Assembly: GCA_021650915.1 (NCBI GenBank)
Contig: CP091279.1
Span: 2,520,001 to 2,552,000, forward strand
Source: Candidatus Brocadia sp.
GTDB taxonomy: Bacteria; Planctomycetota; Brocadiia; Brocadiales; Brocadiaceae
DNA: 32,000 nt
Reading direction: 5' to 3'
Below are positions 6,415-13,930 of this stretch, one piece after another. A program made the translations under genes and the position numbers. Under the pieces are notes generated by a model. It saw only the letters and a list, made by a program, of their open reading frames with translations. It searched no databases and had not been told where the DNA came from. The stretch's first letter is position 1; the number at the start of each line of letters is the position of its first letter.

Positions 6415-8268
6415 TAGTGTTTGAACGGAAACCCCCCAGAGCCCTGTAAAGTAAGGAGAAGCTGGTGAAAAATGTTCATGAAAGTCATTGAATTTTTTCG
6501 GGTAAAAGGGTAAAATATGGCGAAAATGAAGGGATTCTGGGTATAAAGAGTCCAAATATTCGGTTCATTAACCCACTAGCCAAAGGACATTCGATAGAAG
6601 ATGAGAAAGAGATTTGAGCAGCAATTGAAGCTTGGCATCATACCCATTTCAGGGGTAAAACTGCCAATAAAGAGTCGAGATGAGCTACCACCGATACTGA
6701 GGGCGTTGCAACATATCTATGTTACACCGGAGTTGAACGAGGAGGTATTCCGGATATTAGAGGCGAAGGTAACGAAGGGGAAGAAAAAGACGGGAAGATA
6801 TGGGATGGATTTATGGCATATTTTGGTGTTGTCGGTGGTAAGATTAGGGTTAGATGCCGATTATGACAGGTTGGAGGATTTTGCCAACCATCACAAACTT
6901 ATCAGGCAGATAATGGGGGTTGAGACGGCATTTGGAGAGGCGAAGGTTTTTTCGATGCAGAGCATCAAGGACAATATAAGATTGTTGGATGAGGAGACCC
7001 TCAGGCAGATAAATGAAGTGGTGATATCATCGGGGCATCAGTTGGTTAAAAAAAAGGACGAAGGACTGTGTATTAAGGTGGATACGTATGTGTTAGAGAC
7101 GAATGTACACTTTCCGACCGATATGAATTTATTGTGGGATGCGGGACGCAAGAGTCTGGACATGATAGAGGATGCAATAGAGGAAGGCATCCTGGCGGGG
7201 AAAGGATGGCGCAAGAGCAAATATTGGAGGAGAGAGTTAAAAAAGCTGATGAGGATAAGCGCAAAGGCGTCAAGCAGCGGGGGGGAAAAACAAGGAAGAG
7301 CATGTGAGGAGTTACTTGGAATTATCGAGGGGTTTGAGTGAAAAGATAGGAGCGAGTCTGTTAGCCATCTACGAAAAGGTGCTAACGACGAACCAGGTAG
7401 ACAAGCATGCAGGGAAAATAGGGACACTGGAGTATTTTCACGGGATGTTGAATAAACAGATAGACCTGGTGGAGAGAAGGGTGATCCGGGATGAGGTAAT
7501 ACCGGCGGCAGAAAAGGTTCATTCGTTGTTTGAGCCGCATACGGAGTGGCTGTACAAAGGCAAGTCAAACAAAAGGGTAGAGTTGGGACATAATATTCTG
7601 GTAGCAAGCGATCAGTGGGGTTTCATCGTGGACCATGTGGTAGGAGAAAAACAGGCGGATGTATCGTTGGTAATTCCATTGGCAGATAGGTTGTTGAGCC
7701 GTTACGGAGAAGGCACAATAAAGAGTATAAGTTTTGATAAAGGTTTTTACAAGAAAGAGAATAAAGAGTTGCTGAGTTTGTATATACCAGAGGTAATCCT
7801 TCCCAAGAAGGGCAAGAAGAATAAGGCGGAACAGGAAGAGGAATCGGGTAAGACATTTAAGAAGCTAAGGCACAAGCACTCGGCGGTAGAATCGGATATC
7901 AATCGTTTGGAGCATCACGGCTTGGATAGGTGTCCGGACAAAGGGCTGCATGCCTTTAAAAGATATTGTGCAATGGGCGTGTTAGCTGCGAATTTGCACA
8001 AGCTGGGAAACGTGCTGCAGGAGAAGGCACGGAAGCAGTGCGAAAAGTTGCGAAAAGCCGCCTAAGCAAGCAAAAAACACGAAGAAAAACAGTCTGCCGG
8101 GAGGCAGGTACGCCCAGACAAGGCTAAAATAAAGGGGAAAACAAGGGAAATATGTAAAAGAACAGTATTTTTGCCAAAAACCCTAATCTCAAATCTTAAA
8201 ATTATCTATTGGTAAATAGAAAATCGACCTCGCACTTTTACAAAAAGTGCGTTTTCGTTCAGACACTA
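6415..8268 (+). mobile_element. ISNCY/IS5-like insertion sequence with a frameshifted transposase
   Basis: Terminal inverted repeats TAGTGTTTGAACGGAAAC (6415-6432) and GTTTTCGTTCAGACACTA (8251-8268), 16 of 18 matching. An alternative reading places the ends at 6416 and 8265, flanked by the 6-bp direct repeat CTATTT (6410-6415 and 8266-8271). Confidence 0.7.
6601..8065 (+). pseudogene. DDE transposase (ISNCY/IS5-like) split into two frames at a G7A5 run
   Basis: ORFs 6601-7341 (frame 1) and 7304-8065 (frame 2). The ETNVHFPTD motif is typical of DDE_Tnp_1/IS5-like transposases. Deleting one G from the run at 7279-7285 fuses them: ...KASSSGGKNKEEHVRSYLELSRG... Confidence 0.7.
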
Positions 8269-8310
8269 TTTATCCCTTACCAGAAGGTACTGTTTATTTA
8301 TAAGAGAAGG

Positions 8311-8398
8311 ATTGCTTCGCTTCACTCGCAATGACAACGTGCAGTATGCCATCAAAGTGCATGGTCGCTGTCCTTGCGAGGGCTTTTCCCGAAGCAAT
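8311..8398. repeat. 88-bp imperfect hairpin (MITE/REP-like) element
   Basis: Left arm ATTGCTTCG..TCGCAATGACA and right arm GTCCTTGCGA..CGAAGCAAT are reverse complements (blocks of 9, 6 and 4 bp). Confidence 0.6.
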
Positions 8399-8425
8399 TT
8401 CCTCGCTTTCACAACGGAGAATTGG

Positions 8426-8480
8426 TTGCGGCCTTGCTGCGCTATGGAATTATCATTATGACTTTATGAAAAACTTTTCT
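8426..8480 (+). repeat. Intergenic repeat module, diverged copy C
   Basis: TTGCGGCCTTGCTGCGCTATGGAATTAT followed by ATGAAAAACTTTTCT, in the same order as copy B. Confidence 0.5.
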
Positions 8481-8625
8481 CTCCGTGGCAAAGCCAGAAG
8501 GGCTGACAAAATATATCCCAAGGTGATAGCACTGGGATAAAGATTTAATGCTTTGATGATATTTTTAGCCCTGAAAGGGCGACACATTGTCTTATTTAAA
8601 TGATATTGCCTTGCGAAAAACTTGG

Positions 8626-9096
8626 CTATGATAGATCATTTATTATTTTATCATAGCGACTTCCGGAACCCCACATCTCAATAGTCCTCTCATGCTGAGA
8701 AATCGCCCATAGCGTTATTCTCAGACATGCCTCCGGCAGGCATCCGGGCACATTATTTGCCCACTCCACAAGAGCCACGCCATTTCCATAGATCATTTCA
8801 TCACTTCCGATGTCCAGCATCTCCTGAGAATCTTTCAGGCGGTATGCATCAAAATGATATACCGGCATACGCCCTCGGTATGTATGCACCAATGAAAATG
8901 TGGGACTTTTTACCGCGCGCACATCCGTAACGCCCAGTCCCAGGACAACCCCCTTTACCAGAGTCGTCTTCCCGGCACCAAGCTCGCCTATAAGGGCAAC
9001 AACATCCCCCGGCGACAATAACATACCAAGCCTTTTGCCATACTCAACGGTTTCTTCCGTGCTTGTACTTCTAAAAATCAATCCTTTTTCATTCAT
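8626..9096 (-). CDS. tsaE: tRNA threonylcarbamoyladenosine (t6A) biosynthesis ATPase TsaE
   Basis: 156-aa ORF. GELGAGKTTLVKG P-loop, SPTFSLVHTY and HFDAYRL motifs. Confidence 0.85.
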   Translation of the reverse strand: MNEKGLIFRSTSTEETVEYGKRLGMLLSPGDVVALIGELGAGKTTLVKGVVLGLGVTDVRAVKSPTFSLVHTYRGRMPVYHFDAYRLKDSQEMLDIGSDEMIYGNGVALVEWANNVPGCLPEACLRITLWAISQHERTIEMWGSGSRYDKIINDLS

Positions 9097-9169
9097 GTCA
9101 GCGCAGACCTTTTATTATCGCAATGTAAAAAGGTTCATCTTTTTCATTGTTTGCAATCCCTCCACGCTG

Positions 9170-10093
9170 TCACTGCAGGTGCTCGTATCCGTGCGGCTTT
9201 ATACGGCGGATAGCGCCGGCAGAAAACTTCATCCGAACACTGCGCCCTCTGACGATTTCCCCAATGCAACTTACCTTCACATCACCAAGCAATCCAGACG
9301 ACACGATCTTTTTTGCTTGGGCGGGTGATACCGTCATCAGCAATTCATAGTCCTCACCATCAGATAATGCATGATACAGCGGAGTATGCCCTGTTTCCAC
9401 TGATAGCTCAACTGCTGCAGGGGAGACGGGAATTTGATCTTCATACAAGACAGCGCCCACGCCACTCTCCTCCAGGATGTGATTTAAATCCGCCGTCAAC
9501 CCGTCACTGATATCAATCATGGCGTGAATAGAAAAGTTTTTGTTTAATGCGACCCCTTCCTTTAACCGCGGTTCGAAAGAGAGATGCTTACCGAGAATTG
9601 CCCCCCCAAGCATACCGGTTACCAGAATCGCATCCCCTACCCTTGCTCCAGAACGCCTGATGGGTTTTAGCCCATCATCCCTGCCCAGCATGGTAACGTT
9701 AATACAGAAGGGGCTGCGGCCGCTGATAATATCCCCTCCCACGATTTCGATATGATAGGTATCAGCAATGTCCCAAATACCTTTATAAAGCTTCCTTGCA
9801 AATGCTTCCGTGGTATGGTCAGGGAAGCAGATCGAAATCACGGCAACGGTGGGTTGACACCCCATTGCTGCAATGTCACTGATACTGCAGGCAATTGCCT
9901 TCCTGCCGACGTCCTGAACGGTGCATTTTTTCAGATCGAAATGGGTGCCATCTACCAGCATGTCAGTGGTAATGAGACACAACCTGTCTGAAGAAACATT
10001 TATGACGGCACAATCATCTCCGATCCCCAAAACAACGTCCCTGCGTCTTTTTTGCCGTTTCCGGATCCATTCTATAAAGGAAAATTCACCCAT
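9170..10093 (-). CDS. thiL: Thiamine-monophosphate kinase
   Basis: 307-aa ORF. GDDCAV and TTDMLVDGTHF motifs and AIR-synthase-like architecture. Confidence 0.85.
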   Translation of the reverse strand: MGEFSFIEWIRKRQKRRRDVVLGIGDDCAVINVSSDRLCLITTDMLVDGTHFDLKKCTVQDVGRKAIACSISDIAAMGCQPTVAVISICFPDHTTEAFARKLYKGIWDIADTYHIEIVGGDIISGRSPFCINVTMLGRDDGLKPIRRSGARVGDAILVTGMLGGAILGKHLSFEPRLKEGVALNKNFSIHAMIDISDGLTADLNHILEESGVGAVLYEDQIPVSPAAVELSVETGHTPLYHALSDGEDYELLMTVSPAQAKKIVSSGLLGDVKVSCIGEIVRGRSVRMKFSAGAIRRIKPHGYEHLQ

Positions 10094-10120
10094 AAAAATA
10101 CTATACCATCTTTAACTTGC

Positions 10121-10149
10121 TTGACTCAACATTTTAAATTTATTAGTAT
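10121..10149 (+). promoter_or_regulatory. Putative sigma70 promoter TTGACT-N17-TAGTAT upstream of the MFS gene
   Basis: -35 at 10121-10126 and -10 at 10144-10149, about 115 nt before ATG 10263. Confidence 0.35.
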
Positions 10150-10262
10150 GTGTCCTTTTGCGCCTGACACTAAGGATTCCAGAGCGTCCCACTTAACAAA
10201 GAGGGTGAGGGGGTTGCAAAGAAACTTGCTAAAGGAAGTAGATTTTACAAGAAAATACGATC

Positions 10263-11483
10263 ATGAGCAACCATGCACTTTCAGACACAGGCAACACCAG
10301 CCGCACAAAAAAAACAGCCGCCTTGAAATTTATCATTTTGCTTGGTGTCGTGAGCCTCTTTGCCGATGTAACTTACGAGGGCGCCAGGAGTATTAATGGC
10401 CCGTTTCTTGCCTTGCTTGGGGCAAGCGCAACGACGGTCGGATTTGTCGCAGGGCTTGGGGAATTGATCGGATACAGCCTGCGGCTTGTCTCTGGCTATA
10501 TGAGCGACAAAATCGGGAGATACTGGGCAATTACGTTGTTTGGCTACACCCTGAATATGCTGGCAGTGCCGGCCCTGGCCCTGGCGGGACGCTGGGAAAT
10601 CGCCGTCGTGCTCATGGTCATGGAACGTATCGGCAAGGCCATCCGGACTCCGGCGCGTGACGCCATGCTTTCCCACGCGACCAGGGAAATCGGCAGGGGA
10701 AAGGGCTTCGGATTACATGAGGCATTAGACCAGATTGGCGCCGTGCTCGGCCCGCTCACGGTTGCAGGAGTTCTTTATTTCCGGGCGGGGTATCGGACCG
10801 GTTACGCCATCCTCTTTGTGCCCGCAAGCATCACTCTGAGCATACTCCTGGCGGCGCGGTGGTTCTATCCTCAACCGAAAAATTTAGAAGTACCTCAGCC
10901 AGAGCTGGAGGCAAAGGGACTCCCCAAAAAATTCTGGCTTTATCTCATCGCCGTTGCATTCATTGCCGCAGGCTATGCAGACTTTCCCCTGATTGCATAT
11001 CACTTCAGAAAAGCATCCGTTGCTTCTGACACCTGGATTCCGCTCTTCTATGCTATCGCAATGGGCGTAGATGCCATTGCGGCGCTTTTCTTCGGGTATC
11101 TGTTTGACCGCAACGGCATTTCCATACTCATCATTGCTTCCCTCCTTTCCATGCTCTTTGCGCCGCTGGTCTTTTTCGGAAATTTCTCCGTTGCCATCAT
11201 CGGTGTAGCGCTCTGGGGTATGGGTATGGGGGCGCAGGAATCCATTATGCGGGCGGCTATTGCGGAAATGGTTCCCTTAGCCAGACGTGGCACGGGTTAC
11301 GGGATCTTCAATGCAGGATACGGCATCTTCTGGTTTCTCGGCAGTGCATCCATGGGAATTTTGTATGATTTCTCCCTTGTCGCCCTCGTTGTATTCTCCG
11401 TCGTAACACAATGCGCTTCAGTCCCATTGCTTCTTCTCGTTAAAAAATATTCTTCTGCCGGCAAAAAAGAAGTGGTTTTTTAG
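10263..11483 (+). CDS. MFS transporter
   Basis: 406-aa ORF that is hydrophobic throughout, with about 12 predicted helices. The interhelix loop GRYWAI/ERIGKAIRTPARDA resembles the MFS motif A. Confidence 0.75.
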   Translation: MSNHALSDTGNTSRTKKTAALKFIILLGVVSLFADVTYEGARSINGPFLALLGASATTVGFVAGLGELIGYSLRLVSGYMSDKIGRYWAITLFGYTLNMLAVPALALAGRWEIAVVLMVMERIGKAIRTPARDAMLSHATREIGRGKGFGLHEALDQIGAVLGPLTVAGVLYFRAGYRTGYAILFVPASITLSILLAARWFYPQPKNLEVPQPELEAKGLPKKFWLYLIAVAFIAAGYADFPLIAYHFRKASVASDTWIPLFYAIAMGVDAIAALFFGYLFDRNGISILIIASLLSMLFAPLVFFGNFSVAIIGVALWGMGMGAQESIMRAAIAEMVPLARRGTGYGIFNAGYGIFWFLGSASMGILYDFSLVALVVFSVVTQCASVPLLLLVKKYSSAGKKEVVF

Positions 11484-11545
11484 CATTCTATTTTGTAATA
11501 ATACTATTTTATTTAGAAATTTACTGAGAAGGAGAGTAGCCATTT

Positions 11546-12592
11546 ATGCTAACAAATTTCAAGGGCAATTTCTCAGCCACTGCGATTGGAAGCCTCCCGC
11601 ATACCAACATCGAGACGGCCTGTGAACTCATGTTTAAGTCGCTCCCCGAAATACCCTGCTGGCCGCAGTTACCAAAAATCAGCGCCAAAGAAGAGATGTG
11701 CATCCAGTATACCGAAGGCCTTCCCTGCCTTAAAATCCATGGAGATGGCAAAACCGTAAGCATCGAAATTTCAGGCGATTCATCCGGCGCCTTGGCTGGT
11801 TTTTACGAAGACTATTTAAAAAACGACCCGAGGCTGTTCCACATAAGTCCCGGATGTGCTGCAGGATTTTATGCAATGATTGACCGGCTTAACAAGTCGC
11901 CACAAAATTCTTTTCGCGCACTCAAAGGGCAGGTCGTTGGCCCGATCACCCTGGCGGGTTCTTTAAAGCTTTCCACCGGCATTACAGCACTGTACAACGA
12001 GGAGTTCTTTGATGCAGTCATCAAGCTGATGTCGATGAAGGCATACTGGCAGTTTACGAAGCTATCCCGGTATGGCCTGCCGGTCATTATCTTCGCGGAT
12101 GAACCGTATCTTACCAGCTTCGGTTCGGCATTTATGAACATCAGCCGAGAAAGGGCTATCAGAGCCCTAAACGAGGTCTACGAAACCATTCAGTCCCATG
12201 GCGGCCTCACCGGCACGCATTGTTGCGGCAATACGGACTGGGCGATGCTTATGGATTCAAAGGTGGACATTATCAGTTTTGATGCCTATGAATTCATGGA
12301 TAAATATCTTATGTTCTGGCGTGAGATACAGGCATTTCTTGATCGGGGCGGCTATATGGCCTGGGGCATTGTTCCGACTTCACACAAGATAAACACCACT
12401 TCTCTGAATGACCTGGCGAAGAGACTGGAAGAAGGCATACAATTTCTCGTTAGGAAAGGTATCTCCAGGACATTAATCCAGGAAAGGTCTATCATTACCC
12501 CCAGTTGCGGTACGGGAACACTAACCATTGAAGAGGCGGAAAGGGTCATGATGCTGACACACGCTGTTTCTTTAAGCATGAAAAATACCTGA
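11546..12592 (+). CDS. MetE C-terminal-domain-like Zn-dependent methyltransferase (short 'core' form)
   Basis: 348-aa ORF with a strong RBS (GAAGGAGAG). GTHCCGN and TPSCGTG provide the His/Cys/Cys ligand pattern of the cobalamin-independent methionine synthase catalytic domain. There is no N-terminal folate-binding duplication. Confidence 0.55.
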   Translation: MLTNFKGNFSATAIGSLPHTNIETACELMFKSLPEIPCWPQLPKISAKEEMCIQYTEGLPCLKIHGDGKTVSIEISGDSSGALAGFYEDYLKNDPRLFHISPGCAAGFYAMIDRLNKSPQNSFRALKGQVVGPITLAGSLKLSTGITALYNEEFFDAVIKLMSMKAYWQFTKLSRYGLPVIIFADEPYLTSFGSAFMNISRERAIRALNEVYETIQSHGGLTGTHCCGNTDWAMLMDSKVDIISFDAYEFMDKYLMFWREIQAFLDRGGYMAWGIVPTSHKINTTSLNDLAKRLEEGIQFLVRKGISRTLIQERSIITPSCGTGTLTIEEAERVMMLTHAVSLSMKNT

Positions 12593-12702
12593 CAAAGATA
12601 ATTTTACATAGCCATGCGAAGTTCATCCGTGTAAACGACGAAATAACGATACCATTCATTCCTTGACATCCTGGAGGAGAAAGATTATGAGGGCAGATAG
12701 AA

Positions 12703-12809
12703 CAAAAACACTTGCAATTTTCTTTGCTTTTGCTACAGTAATATTTTGATGAATAAGTAAATTTCCATGATTCTTTACTGGGTGCAGCCTGTTTCTGAAT
12801 GCAATTAAC
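12703..12809 (+). repeat. 107-bp promoter/leader module, copy B; exact 39-bp core at 12703-12741; contains TTGCAA-N16-TACAGT (12712-12739)
   Basis: Identical to the reverse complement of 4679-4717, with similarity continuing to about 12809. Faces the macro-domain gene 220 nt further on. Confidence 0.85.
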
Positions 12810-13029
12810 TTTGTATTCGGCATTTTTAAAAGGGCTGGAAACAGATTTGAACCTTGTATTGTCTTGTCATAACAACACAGATGTGAGCACGATATTTCAC
12901 TTTTCCAATCCACCGCCCTATTTTATCTCGTTGTCAAGGGGCGAGCGTGCACGAACCAGATAATCATGAGAACGAACGCACCTTTATTTTACTTTACTTT
13001 CAATACCACGGAAAAAGAAGGAATGACAT

Positions 13030-13524
13030 ATGATCTATGAAGTAGCCGGAGATATTCTTCTCACACGAGCAGAGGTTATTGCCCACGGGGTAGCGCCAAA
13101 TGATGATTTTACCTCTGTCCTAGCGCTCAGCCTTCGAGAACAATGGCCGGCATTGTACAAGGAGTTTCGCCATCATTGCCATACGATGCACCCAAAAGTG
13201 GGCGAAATCTGGACATGGAGTGGCCCGGAAGGTAAGCGGGTTGTTAATCTTTTCACCCAGGAGGCTGCGTATGGACACGGCGCCAAGCCAGGACGAGCCC
13301 GGGTGGAATATGTCAATCACACCTTACGCGCCTTACACAAGGCGGTCGAATCGGAAAAATTTACGAGTCTGGCGTTACCAAGACTCGCTACAGGCGTCGG
13401 AGGATTGAGCTGGGAGAATGTATTTCCGCTCATTACGAAACACCTGGGAGAGATTGCTATTCCTATTTTTGTTTACACGACATTCCATAAAGGAATGAAG
13501 GCGGATGAAAAAACTGAAAAATAG
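13030..13524 (+). CDS. Macro domain (ADP-ribose binding/hydrolase) protein
   Basis: 164-aa ORF. GDILLTRAEVIAHGV, NLFTQE and LALPRLATGVGGL match macro-domain motifs. Confidence 0.75.
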   Translation: MIYEVAGDILLTRAEVIAHGVAPNDDFTSVLALSLREQWPALYKEFRHHCHTMHPKVGEIWTWSGPEGKRVVNLFTQEAAYGHGAKPGRARVEYVNHTLRALHKAVESEKFTSLALPRLATGVGGLSWENVFPLITKHLGEIAIPIFVYTTFHKGMKADEKTEK

Positions 13525-13605
13525 CAAAAAAAATCAAGGTGCGTCTTTTTTCTCACCTGACAGAGCTGATTAACACTTCTCTATTGCACGAGGAAGAAAA
13601 TACGT

Positions 13606-13842
13606 ATGAAGAAGGAGATGCCTCTTACACTTGAGTTGGAACCAGGCACCTATCATTGGTGCGCGTGTGGAAACACGAAAAACGAGCCTTTTTGTGATGG
13701 TTCACACAAAGGAACCGGGAAAGCACCTCATATGTTTAAAATTATTCTGAAGAGAAAATATATACTTTGCAATTGCCAATTAACAAGAAATCCACCATTT
13801 TGTGATGGCATCTGCCGACGAATTAAAGAAGAAGGTATATGA
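13606..13842 (+). CDS. CDGSH iron-sulfur domain protein (two CDGSH-type motifs)
   Basis: 78-aa ORF. CACGNTKNEPFCDGSHKG and CNCQLTRNPPFCDGICRR. Confidence 0.8.
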   Translation: MKKEMPLTLELEPGTYHWCACGNTKNEPFCDGSHKGTGKAPHMFKIILKRKYILCNCQLTRNPPFCDGICRRIKEEGI

Positions 13843-13861
13843 AACGTACTTCTCGCGGCAA

Positions 13862-13896
13862 GAAGGCAGAAGGCAGAAGGCAGAAGGCAGAAGGCA
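13862..13896. repeat. Heptanucleotide tandem repeat (GAAGGCA) x5
   Basis: Five perfect copies were read directly, in the 88-bp gap between the convergent CDGSH and gatB genes. Confidence 0.95.
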
Positions 13897-13930
13897 AGTA
13901 TAGGAATTCTGGCGTGACATGGACCATGAT

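Noticed and set aside
7261-7345. Programmed -1 ribosomal frameshift joining the two transposase ORFs of IS2
   Set aside because: The downstream frame is +1 relative to the upstream frame. There is no A-AAA-AAG type heptamer in the right register, and I saw no downstream stem-loop. A 1-nt insertion in the G run explains the split more simply.
8331-8540. 69-aa plus-strand ORF
   Set aside because: It is assembled entirely from the hairpin element and other intergenic repeat units. The peptide is typical of repeat-derived artefacts.
12656-12913. 85-aa minus-strand ORF in the gap before the macro-domain gene
   Set aside because: It runs antisense through the duplicated promoter/leader module, has no RBS and has an odd composition. 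The equivalent frame is not conserved in copy A.
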